This document shows positions 1 to 7,586 of a stretch of DNA of 39,923 nt, in pieces. The position numbers and the translations under genes are program-made. Position 1 is the stretch's first letter; every line of letters begins with the position of its first letter. Under the pieces are notes generated by a model. The model was not told where the DNA came from. It was given only the letters and a program-made list of their open reading frames with translations, and made no database searches. Source of the stretch: a virus. Taxonomy: Duplodnaviria; Caudoviricetes. The stretch is from the IMG/VR virus record IMGVR_UViG_3300035492_000269, positions 1 to 39,923 of that record. One strand, given 5' to 3'.

Positions 1-79
1 CAGGCCTCTCACAGCATCAACGCCAGCAACGCGCAAAGGGGTTGGCAGCAGAACTCAGTAACCTAACAGGCAGTCAGAA

Positions 80-181
80 ATGCACCCGGAACCCATATCC
101 AGCCCAGCAACCACGCGCCAAGAGCCTAATCGCCGTTTCAGCGTTGCGCCGATGATGGATCGGACGCGCATAAAAAAATAA
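80..181 (+). pseudogene. dusA: Displaced 5' fragment of dusA ([27 protein letters not shown], then phage-derived RTRIKK*)
   Basis: Near-identical to the start of the dusA reading frame at 39731; diverges after APMMD and stops at TAA 179-181. Confidence 0.9.
146..159 (+). repeat. Left att core GCGCCGATGATGGA
   Basis: Exact 14-bp direct repeat with 39797-39810; both are followed by NN-GGAC. Confidence 0.9.
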
Positions 182-220
182 GTCTTTAAATTCAAATATT
201 TGCCATAAAACAAGAATCGC

Positions 221-245
221 TTGTAGCAAATATGTAGTACCCGCC
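221..245. promoter_or_regulatory. Putative integrase arm-type sites (TGTAGCA, TGTAGTA)
   Basis: Same motif occurs as repeated TGCTACA/TGTAGCA at 39634-39673 beside the other att site. Confidence 0.55.
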
Positions 246-398
246 CTGTCCCCGCTGGTTGACTCTCGGCTTCCGCATGAAGGTTAATCTACGCAATAGC
301 CAACGCCTCAGGCCTACTACGTCTATCAATTGAGCCCTAAAGGCTGGGCTAAAAGGCTATGGGCCATCCTAAACGGAGCAACTCTCTTAGGAGAACGA

Positions 399-1442
399 AT
401 GGCAGGTGTACGACAACACTTCATACCCCGCTTTCTTCAAAAAGGGTTCAAGGCCGTCCGCAAGGGCAAAGGCACCTACTGCTGGGTGTACGAAAAGGGA
501 AAGCCCCCACGCATCGCAAATATCCAGGACGTTGGACTTGAGCGGCATTTTTACGCGGTTGAGTCAGAGACCGATCTGGACGACAAAATTACGATAGATG
601 AGGAGCGGCTTTATTCACCACTGATAGACAACCTGCGCGCCGGGAATATTAACAACGAAGTAATCCCCCATATCCCCAAGCTTCTCGCCCACTTTGAAAT
701 TCGAAGCAGAAATGTGCGCAGCAACATGCTGTATGCGTTCGAAAGTCTCGTTGAAGGAGTAGGCGCTCAACTGCGTGACCCAGCGATCTTAGGTCGACTT
801 TTAGAGCGCCACCTCACACTAGATTCGGACTTGCTCCAAAAAGAGCTTGGCAAAGCAGGTATGAGTGTCGAGCAGCTAAAAGCTCTGTTGCGACAGACTG
901 GTATGCAGTTTCGTGATCTATTGGCCCCCTTCATCGCTAACATGGCCAGATCACTACCTGATCTTCTGGCACCGCTGAGAAGTTCGCTGCCAGATAACGT
1001 CAAGAAAAGTCATGTGAAGCTGCTTAAGCGCTCCATTGCGCCTGATCTGCGCGCCCAGCGCTTCACGTCATTACACTACTCCATCGAAAATTTCGTGCCT
1101 GCCAACCTACCCTTAGGCGACTCGATTGTGCTTTTTCTTATAAAGGGGGAGCGATCATTCAAGCCCTTTTTGGACAAAAATGACGAGCTAGTCGCGGTAA
1201 TCCTGCCGCTGGCAAAAGACAAATATCTTTTAGGCGCGTCACCAAGCTTTAACTCACTGCCTTCTGATTTACCAACAGAGATTGCTCGCTGCTCACTGGA
1301 GTACTTCATTTCAGCCGAGAACGATGAGAAGAGCGCTGAATTGCATGCACTCGTAGGGAGTAACTCACACTGGTTTTCCTCTGAAGAAATTCAATCAATC
1401 TTGGATGATGTATTCAAAAGCCAGCTAGACGGCCAGATCTAG
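399..1442 (+). CDS. DUF4238-like protein, candidate anti-phage defence
   Basis: N-terminal QHFIPRFLQKGF matches the HxxP..L..F start of DUF4238; GGAG RBS before ATG 399; lower GC than the phage core. Confidence 0.7.
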   Translation: MAGVRQHFIPRFLQKGFKAVRKGKGTYCWVYEKGKPPRIANIQDVGLERHFYAVESETDLDDKITIDEERLYSPLIDNLRAGNINNEVIPHIPKLLAHFEIRSRNVRSNMLYAFESLVEGVGAQLRDPAILGRLLERHLTLDSDLLQKELGKAGMSVEQLKALLRQTGMQFRDLLAPFIANMARSLPDLLAPLRSSLPDNVKKSHVKLLKRSIAPDLRAQRFTSLHYSIENFVPANLPLGDSIVLFLIKGERSFKPFLDKNDELVAVILPLAKDKYLLGASPSFNSLPSDLPTEIARCSLEYFISAENDEKSAELHALVGSNSHWFSSEEIQSILDDVFKSQLDGQI

Positions 1443-1455
1443 GCCGTCCCTCCTC

Positions 1456-2262
1456 TCAGGCCAACGCCGGCAGCGTGACCAGCTGATACACATACGGCCG
1501 CGCACCTCCGGGGCCAGTGGGTGACAGCCGCACCCGCTTGTAACCGAGCAACCGCAGGCAGCTGCCGACGGACGTTTGCGTGCCGCGGTCGTTGACCAGC
1601 TGCAGGGCTTCTATCACTTGCTGCACGCTGAAGCCTTGCGGCCAGTCGTTGGCTACCAGGTGCGCACGGATGCGTTGCTGCAGCTCATAGGCTTTGCGCT
1701 GCGGAGCTGGCAGGTCTGGGCCATCCAGCCAGGGGCTGGCGTCCAGTTCTGCTGCCAGATCCACACCGGTGGTGCGCTCGGCTGCTTGATTGGCTCGGGT
1801 GGCGGCCAGCCGGCGCGGCATGCCCATGCTGCGGCCGACGGTGTAGAGCGAGCGAAACACCCGCCCTGCGGCTACCACCTCTTCCGCTTCTACCCGCAGC
1901 GCTCTGGGTGCTGGCTCTGGATCGGGCTGCGTGTTGGGCATCACGTACCCGCCGTATTTGCGGACGCTGGGCAGCACCTCAGCGGTGACCCACTTCTTAA
2001 AGCGCTTGGCCGAGGCCTTGCGGCTGCGAAGGATCGCGGAGTACAGGCCGGACTCATTGATGATCAGCATGTCCTGCTCACCGCCAAGGGTACTCACAAT
2101 ATGAGTACCCTTCTCATCATCGTCCAGATTTCTGACCATATTGCCGGCGTCGCGATACTCCAAAGCCAAAGCGACATCACCAGCGACCCACCACGGCTCA
2201 CCGTTCACCAATACCACGCGCACGGGCTTATCATCAAACGCAAACTCGATAGGCAAGCTCAT
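1456..2262 (-). CDS. BRO-N domain phage antirepressor
   Basis: FDDKPVRVV..GEPWWVAGDVALALEY, INESGLYSAILRSRK, AKRFKKWVTAEVLPSVRKYGGY. Confidence 0.9.
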   Translation of the reverse strand: MSLPIEFAFDDKPVRVVLVNGEPWWVAGDVALALEYRDAGNMVRNLDDDEKGTHIVSTLGGEQDMLIINESGLYSAILRSRKASAKRFKKWVTAEVLPSVRKYGGYVMPNTQPDPEPAPRALRVEAEEVVAAGRVFRSLYTVGRSMGMPRRLAATRANQAAERTTGVDLAAELDASPWLDGPDLPAPQRKAYELQQRIRAHLVANDWPQGFSVQQVIEALQLVNDRGTQTSVGSCLRLLGYKRVRLSPTGPGGARPYVYQLVTLPALA

Positions 2263-2726
2263 GACTCGCCCTCCTCGCTGCGCTCATCAAAACGCAGCCC
2301 AGCATTGACCAGGGCCAGCAGCGCCTCATCGCTTTGAGCATCCAAGCCGCCCTCCAGATCGCACACAGCCACCTCCAACCACGCGTCCAGCTCAGAGAAG
2401 AAGCCGACCACCTGCCCACGCAGAGCGGACTGCTCCGGCGTTAACGCGCTCGCAGCGGCCGGGCCGATCATATCCAGCACGATCCACTGGAGCGCGCCCA
2501 AGCCCTCCGGCCGACCGTGCTGCTTGAGGTACTTCAGGTAAATGCGAGCCAGCCCGCGGCCTACTTCGTTGCCGCCGGCGTAGCCGCCCGTTCTGGGCAC
2601 GCCCCAAAAGCTGAACTGAGTGCGGCCGCGCACGGGGCCAATGAAGGGTAAGCGATGCAGCGGGAGATCCCGCCGGTTGTTGAAGTGCAGCGGAGCAGCC
2701 GCCGGCGCCTGCGCTTGAACGCTCAT
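2259..2726 (-). CDS. Hypothetical phage protein in the antirepressor operon
   Basis: 155-aa ORF with ATGA-type overlaps to both neighbours and GGAGG RBS. Confidence 0.75.
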   Translation of the reverse strand: MSVQAQAPAAAPLHFNNRRDLPLHRLPFIGPVRGRTQFSFWGVPRTGGYAGGNEVGRGLARIYLKYLKQHGRPEGLGALQWIVLDMIGPAAASALTPEQSALRGQVVGFFSELDAWLEVAVCDLEGGLDAQSDEALLALVNAGLRFDERSEEGES

Positions 2727-2896
2727 TGGGCACCTCCGCGGGCTTCCAGGTCGCGGGCTTTGGCCATGGCCGCGTTGTAACGCTTGAGCCGGACAGACAG
2801 GGAGGAATCCGCATGCAACGCAGTAAGTGCCTGAGCACGATAGCGGGCAGCGCGATTTTTGAACGGATTGAGGGTAAGAATAGGACGGTTCGGCAT
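2723..2896 (-). CDS. 57-aa basic leader protein (icd/kil position) of the C4-controlled operon
   Basis: MPNRPILTLNPFKNRAARYRAQ...GGAQ; its RBS (CACGAGG) overlaps the C4 b2 target; coupled to the next gene. Confidence 0.7.
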   Translation of the reverse strand: MPNRPILTLNPFKNRAARYRAQALTALHADSSLSVRLKRYNAAMAKARDLEARGGAQ

Positions 2897-2949
2897 GTTA
2901 GTAGCCTCGTGAGTAGCGGTCTGTTTCCGCTCGCCCCGTCGCCAAACAG

Positions 2950-3026
2950 GGTGAGCGAACCGTGCAGGTTGGCGAACCGGACTCACGAGCCGGCAGACCC
3001 GAAGGTCTCCCACACGGCCCGCCCAT
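2950..3026 (-). ncRNA. C4-type antisense RNA
   Basis: Minus strand folds as a cloverleaf with a GACC-UUCG-GGUC arm and loops CUCGUGAGU and UUCGCCAAC; complementary targets upstream (3093-3101, 3080-3085) and downstream (2938-2946, 2906-2914), as in P1/P7 immI. Confidence 0.85.
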
Positions 3027-3132
3027 AAAGGCCTTGCCGTGTTGCGGACACAAAAAAACCGCGCAATGGCGGTGTCCGCCGTGAGGTAACGAGTCGCCAA
3101 ACCCGTGTCGCTGAATTTGCAGCGACACGGAA

Positions 3133-3161
3133 AAGGTAGCCGGATTGAGGCTGCAGGTCAA
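3133..3161 (-). promoter_or_regulatory. Sigma70 promoter of the C4-antirepressor operon
   Basis: TTGACC-17 nt-TACCTT on the minus strand, followed by hairpin CCGTGTCGCTG-CAAATT-CAGCGACACGG. Confidence 0.7.
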
Positions 3162-3282
3162 TGCACCATTACATTTGGCTCAATTACAGAAGAACAAGTG
3201 TTGCAATGGATAAGGCATTGCAGTATCAAACCGAAAGGATGCCGCTCCGGGGGCACAAGCCACGCTCAAGGAGAGAAGCGTT

Positions 3283-3903
3283 TTGCAAGACATAGTCAAC
3301 GACGTAATACCGCTCATCCAGAGCCTGGTCCCCGGCTTTCTGATGATGACCGTATTTTATTGGTTTGCTGAAGTACCAAAACCAGGTCAGTTTGAGAGAA
3401 CGATTCAGGCTCTGATCGCTACAGCCATCATCCAGGTGCTTATCAACACCATCGAATCAGCAGCTCATGGTTTGGGGCGAGTCTACAGCATTGGACCGTG
3501 GAGCCCTGATGCTGCGCTAGTTTTCTCAATCGCTTTAGCGTTTTTGGCTGGTTTATACCTTGCTTACCTTTGCAATCAAGACAGGCTTTATGAGATAGCC
3601 CGCAAGCTAAAAATCACATCCAAGGCATCAGTCGACGATGCAAGCCACATATATAAAACCTTGGGGCAGTGTCCGGTCGTACTGCAGTTAACTGACGGGC
3701 GAAGGTTGATGGGCTTCTACTCCATCTTCCCAAATTCTAAACAGACAGGATCTTTCTTAATAGAGCAGCCGCACTGGCTCCAAGGCGAAGAAATAATCCC
3801 TTGCGAAACAACTCGGGCAATCCACATTACTGGCTCAGATGTTCACTGGGTTGAATTTCTAGAGCCCACACCAGAAGACGAGGAGAAAAAAAATGAAGGA
3901 TGA
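3283..3903 (+). CDS. Membrane protein, DUF6338-like moron
   Basis: N-terminal LVPGF motif, about three hydrophobic segments, C-terminal beta domain (VVLQLTDGRRLMG...VHWVEFL); AAGGAG RBS before TTG. Confidence 0.65.
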   Translation: MQDIVNDVIPLIQSLVPGFLMMTVFYWFAEVPKPGQFERTIQALIATAIIQVLINTIESAAHGLGRVYSIGPWSPDAALVFSIALAFLAGLYLAYLCNQDRLYEIARKLKITSKASVDDASHIYKTLGQCPVVLQLTDGRRLMGFYSIFPNSKQTGSFLIEQPHWLQGEEIIPCETTRAIHITGSDVHWVEFLEPTPEDEEKKNEG

Positions 3904-4072
3904 TGACGTTAAATCACTTAACGAGACTTTGGCCAAAGGCAAAATGGAAGGCCAAATCAGGGAAGGAATTGCAAAGGACTCAATAAATGCCAACATTAAC
4001 ATGCCGCGCGGCGCGCTCCCAACAAAAGCCCCTACACCGCCGCCGCCAGCACCTACCAACGAGAAAAAGTGA
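3893..4072 (+). CDS. 59-aa protein with proline-rich C-terminus (absent from the ORF track)
   Basis: AGGAG RBS, overlaps the upstream stop; MKDDDVKSLNETLAKGKMEGQIREGIAKDSINANINMPRGALPTKAPTPPPPAPTNEKK. Confidence 0.65.
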   Translation: MKDDDVKSLNETLAKGKMEGQIREGIAKDSINANINMPRGALPTKAPTPPPPAPTNEKK

Positions 4073-4093
4073 AGCTAATATAGGAGCTTTCGA

Positions 4094-4531
4094 ATGATGA
4101 CTTCAGCCGAGAACAACGACATCGACTCTAATTTCTCAGCATTAAGGACGTATTCGAGGCAGTGGATCAATATAACCGCAAGCTTCAACGACCTCTTTCA
4201 ATACTTACAAGGCCAATTCCAAAGATACGTTACTGACGTAAAGATCGAAATTGGCGAAAAGATCATAATATGCTACCTCACGAAACGCATAAGCATTCAG
4301 GTCAACCCCATAACTAAGAACGCTGAACTGTATGGCGTCATCAGCGTACAGCTGGAAAATGGTGGCGACTTTATCGACTTGGATAAGTACTATCTAAATC
4401 GGCTTGGAATGCTTCAAGATTCCGAAGCTAACGATCTTTTCGAGGTGGAGTTCGGGGGAGGAAAGGTCATCCTATGGCTTCAAGGCATATTGGCCTCGGC
4501 TATGGAAAAAGAAACCAGGCAGAGCATGTAA
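4094..4531 (+). CDS. Hypothetical low-GC accessory protein
   Basis: 145-aa ORF with AGGAG RBS and protein-like composition. Confidence 0.7.
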   Translation: MMTSAENNDIDSNFSALRTYSRQWINITASFNDLFQYLQGQFQRYVTDVKIEIGEKIIICYLTKRISIQVNPITKNAELYGVISVQLENGGDFIDLDKYYLNRLGMLQDSEANDLFEVEFGGGKVILWLQGILASAMEKETRQSM

Positions 4532-4681
4532 TGCTCCAGAGACAGGCAGGCGGCAGCGCCTGCCGCCCTTCCATGACCTCTTCGCCCGGCGCCGGGCGTC
4601 TTACTTAATTGCACCGAGCCCGCCCTACAGCCGCTACCCTCCTCCATGAGCTGATTCACAATCACACGAGCCACCAATATA

Positions 4682-4697
4682 CTGTACACATATACAG
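4682..4697. promoter_or_regulatory. LexA (SOS) box CTGTACACATATACAG
   Basis: Canonical CTG-N10-CAG with an AT-rich alternating spacer, 15 nt upstream of ATG 4713. Confidence 0.85.
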
Positions 4698-4712
4698 CAT
4701 ATTGGTGTACTC

Positions 4713-5015
4713 ATGTTTTTCTATGTGACGCGCATGCGGGTTAAAGGTCGCAAGCTCACGCCTGACCAGCTGAGCCGTGGCGAGCGAGTACCTTGCAACA
4801 TTCGGATTGAACACGAAAGTTGCGTTCAGGGGCGTGCATCGGTTGTAGCTAGAACAGCAGGGAGCGGCGGCCCACTCGAAGCCGGCCCCTTACCAGACCT
4901 GATGGATTGCCAGCTGCATTCCATGCAAGCAAACGGAATGGTCTTGTCTGGAATCGAGGAAATCAACGGGGTGATGTACGCGCAGTCATGGCTGTGCCGC
5001 CCCAGTTCACACTGA
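4713..5015 (+). CDS. LexA-regulated small phage protein
   Basis: 100 aa ending GIEEINGVMYAQSWLCR, a motif I recall from SOS-boxed Pseudomonas prophage genes. Confidence 0.75.
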   Translation: MFFYVTRMRVKGRKLTPDQLSRGERVPCNIRIEHESCVQGRASVVARTAGSGGPLEAGPLPDLMDCQLHSMQANGMVLSGIEEINGVMYAQSWLCRPSSH

Positions 5016-5116
5016 TCCTTTTCGCGTACAATAATACGATACGCAAAAATGCAAGTACCGTTTATCGGATTGCTTGCATTTTAGGGGAGCACACACTATC
5101 TTGTGTCCGTAGAAAC

Positions 5117-5144
5117 ACAAAACCCCTCTATCGAGGGGTTTTGT
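5117..5144. terminator. Bidirectional intrinsic terminator
   Basis: ACAAAACCCCTC-TATC-GAGGGGTTTTGT perfect 12-bp stem including A/T runs. Confidence 0.75.
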
Positions 5145-5281
5145 TTCTAGCACCAACTGCAGGCACACATTACTGCTAGGCGATGGTAACCGCAGCTTTT
5201 GGACGGGCTTGTGGGGATATTACAGCGCCGAGCAGCGATGTCAAACGCCAGCAATACAACCACGCGCCCAGAGGCAACCGC

Positions 5282-5452
5282 ATGCGCTATCGCATTGAAA
5301 AATTTGACCGGCACGGCACTATTCGCTCCCGCACCCAGTTTGAATCACCGAACCTAGGGCGCCATCTCACCAACCTAGCGCGTCTGCTACTCGGAACGGC
5401 AACCCTGCTACTTACCTCGTGCAACGGCAACCTGCCATTCCCATATAGCTAG
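5282..5452 (+). CDS. Possible 56-aa protein with C-terminal hydrophobic stretch and lipobox-like LTSC
   Basis: AGAGG before ATG; MRYRIEKFDRHG...LLLGTATLLLTSCNGNLPFPYS. Confidence 0.35.
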   Translation: MRYRIEKFDRHGTIRSRTQFESPNLGRHLTNLARLLLGTATLLLTSCNGNLPFPYS

Positions 5453-5472
5453 ACGCACAATAAGGGGCCCGC

Positions 5473-5748
5473 CTAGCGCGGGCCTTTTTGTTCCTGCGCA
5501 CCCTGCAGCTCGACGCACCCGAGCACCTGCGCTGCACAGCTTAATAGCGCCGCTTCGGTTTCGTCCAACGCCCTACGCCAATCGTCATTCACCACCAGCG
5601 GTTTGCGCGCCGGCAGCTGGCAAGGCACGAGGCTGCACTGCGCTTTCTGAACGGTAGGCTGCGGGATCGGTCGTGGCTGGGCGGGCGTAGAGCAGCCCGA
5701 GTTCAACAGGCACATGCTCAGACAGATACTGCCTAATCGTTTGGTCAT
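5473..5748 (-). CDS. o-spanin (Rz1/LysC-like lipoprotein)
   Basis: Signal peptide with lipobox (LLNSGC), Pro-rich linker, C..PC and SCAAQV..C pattern; overlaps the 3' end of the i-spanin in another frame. Confidence 0.85.
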   Translation of the reverse strand: MTKRLGSICLSMCLLNSGCSTPAQPRPIPQPTVQKAQCSLVPCQLPARKPLVVNDDWRRALDETEAALLSCAAQVLGCVELQGAQEQKGPR

Positions 5749-6052
5749 TCTGTTGCAGCTCCTCAAATGCTTGTGATTGATCATTGGCGTTGCGGTCCAC
5801 CTGTTGGCGCAGCAGTTCCAGCCCCCGGCCAATCTCTGCAATGCGCCCCATTTCCTGTTGCTGCCCCTCCAGCACCCGCGCTTGCACCTGGATCAGCTCA
5901 TCAGCCTTGGCCAGATCCCGCTCGGCCGTGTCGGCCCGCAGCCGTTGCAGCTCAATGCGCGGCGACACCGCCCACCACCCCGCCGCCAGCACAATCACCA
6001 ACAGCCCAGCCGCGGCCGCGAGCTGAGCCGCCCACTTCCAGTTTCCAAACAT
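5585..6052 (-). CDS. i-spanin (Rz/LysB-like)
   Basis: N-terminal TM helix followed by coiled coil; GGAGG RBS. Confidence 0.85.
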   Translation of the reverse strand: MFGNWKWAAQLAAAAGLLVIVLAAGWWAVSPRIELQRLRADTAERDLAKADELIQVQARVLEGQQQEMGRIAEIGRGLELLRQQVDRNANDQSQAFEELQQNDQTIRQYLSEHVPVELGLLYARPATTDPAAYRSESAVQPRALPAAGAQTAGGE

Positions 6053-6067
6053 GATTCCTCCAGGCAC

Positions 6068-6090
6068 AAAAAAGCCCGCAGGTGCGGGCT
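6068..6090 (-). terminator. Intrinsic terminator upstream of the spanins
   Basis: AGCCCGCA-CC-TGCGGGCT followed by T run on the minus strand. Confidence 0.6.
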
Positions 6091-6166
6091 GGTGGATGGC
6101 AGCAAGGCAGCTGCTGACAGATACGCGAGCGTGATAACCTCGGTGTTTTTTCAGGGACGATCAGGT

Positions 6167-6883
6167 ATGACAAAAAAGCGTTGGGATATACCGAAGCGGA
6201 CTCAAAACACCCCGCAAGCTTCAGCCCAACAGGAAACGCCGCTAGATATGGGCAAGCTGATAGACCACTTCAAGTGGTTCCCCGCCCTTGCCCTCATAAT
6301 TAACGGACTCCTTGCAGGAACGGGATACCTTTTCATCGCTGGGTTTCTAGCGAAAGTAGGTATAGACGTTGCCGAGCTGGAAATTAGCCTGCCCTCACTT
6401 TTGCTATATGGCTACATCTTCACAATGGACGCTACAGCTCAGAGCGCACGACCAGTTTTATTCACTGTGACCTTTGTGCTCACGGCACTCTTCGTTTGGT
6501 TTTTTCACACCTCTCTCAAAGGTGCCTACCCCAAGCAAAACGAGCGGACACGCACAGTTACAAGCATCTGCTTTGGGGCTGTGTCTGCTGTAATACTTCT
6601 TCTCTGCCCCGCATGGATATTTACCTCCGGCGGAGCCAATGCGATACGCAGCGAACTGGCCAAGATGGATATTAGCGCCACGCTAAGCCAGGTGACGCTC
6701 ACCCATTCGATCAACACGCCCGACGGCCCGATTCAGGGCAGTCTCGTGATCGCAGACCAGCGATACACCTACCTAAGATCTGGCAATGTGGTCTATAAGA
6801 TCGCCAACGACTCGCAAACAGTGGTTAGAGCGATTACGTTCACTTCCGCCAGTACCGATGAGGAGAATAAAGGTGAAGGCTAA
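6167..6883 (+). CDS. Multi-pass membrane protein moron, antisense to the lysis genes
   Basis: 238 aa, about four hydrophobic segments plus a C-terminal beta-rich domain; lower GC. Confidence 0.75.
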   Translation: MTKKRWDIPKRTQNTPQASAQQETPLDMGKLIDHFKWFPALALIINGLLAGTGYLFIAGFLAKVGIDVAELEISLPSLLLYGYIFTMDATAQSARPVLFTVTFVLTALFVWFFHTSLKGAYPKQNERTRTVTSICFGAVSAVILLLCPAWIFTSGGANAIRSELAKMDISATLSQVTLTHSINTPDGPIQGSLVIADQRYTYLRSGNVVYKIANDSQTVVRAITFTSASTDEENKGEG

Positions 6884-7091
6884 TCGTCATCTTGCTTACC
6901 GGCCAACCCCACGTGATTACGCCGCTCGCAACGCGGCCCGCAGGTACGTTGCAACTCTGCTGCTGGATGCCGGTGAGCACGCTGACGCATTTAACGACGA
7001 AGACCTGACCGAAGCAGAACGTGCCATAGCCAGAGACGAGGTGAAGCGCCTCGGCATCGAGCTGACCCAACGGTACAAGTGCGAGCTGTAA
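6873..7091 (+). CDS. 72-aa hypothetical protein coupled to the membrane moron
   Basis: AGGAG RBS at 6861-6865, GTG start overlapping the upstream gene end. Confidence 0.55.
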   Translation: MKANRHLAYRPTPRDYAARNAARRYVATLLLDAGEHADAFNDEDLTEAERAIARDEVKRLGIELTQRYKCEL

Positions 7092-7094
7092 CCG

Positions 7095-7430
7095 CTACCG
7101 ACGCCCCTCATGCTCCAGGGAGTAGTGGTTACCATCCTTAAAGCGGCCACCCCAGCTACCGCCAAGTGACTCCCAGTATTCACCCAACGGCCGGTGGTCC
7201 TCTGTGCTGGTGAGGTATTGACCGTTACGGAACAGGTTAAAGTCCACTGCCAGCCGCTGCTTATGCAAGCTGCTGGCGGCGCTGTAGCTCTTCTTCTCCC
7301 CTACCTTGCCGTGGACCCTTGGGTCTCGGTAGGCGTCACCAAACGTCAGTTCATACCCTTGCTGATATGCGTATTCGATCAGCAGGCCGATCATGCGCGT
7401 GAAGCGCCGTTGTTTACTTCCTAGCGTCAT
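7095..7430 (-). CDS. Endolysin, M15-family Zn peptidase
   Basis: R..., SLH..RLAVD, WGGRF.DGNHYS metal-binding motifs; GGAGA RBS. Confidence 0.9.
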   Translation of the reverse strand: MTLGSKQRRFTRMIGLLIEYAYQQGYELTFGDAYRDPRVHGKVGEKKSYSAASSLHKQRLAVDFNLFRNGQYLTSTEDHRPLGEYWESLGGSWGGRFKDGNHYSLEHEGRR

Positions 7431-7445
7431 ATTTTCTCCAGGCAT

Positions 7446-7466
7446 AAAAAAACCGCCGACGCGGTT
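7446..7466 (-). terminator. Intrinsic terminator between tail genes and endolysin
   Basis: AACCGC-GTCG-GCGGTT followed by T run. Confidence 0.55.
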
Positions 7467-7586
7467 GTGATGGGGTTTGCGTTTCGTTGATGTAATTGGC
7501 GACACCTGCGGCCAGGTCACGCACTATCACGCTGGCTCTACACGGATGTGGGCTGTTCCAAAGCCGGGTTTTGCAGTACCGGCAAG

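Noticed and set aside
2897-3100. N-terminal part of the 125-aa ORF 2723-3100
   Set aside because: Runs through the C4 RNA and its targets; the RBS supports a start at 2896
4532-4670. GC-rich hairpins and short ORFs after the 145-aa gene
   Set aside because: No U-tract, RBS or recognisable product; cannot assign a function
5777-6166. N-terminal extension of the 368-aa ORF
   Set aside because: Overlaps the i-spanin antisense and crosses a terminator; protein-like sequence begins near ATG 6167
7467-7586. Possible small RNA between tail and endolysin containing TCGCCAA like the C4 loop
   Set aside because: Single 7-nt match with no cloverleaf or second loop; compatible with chance
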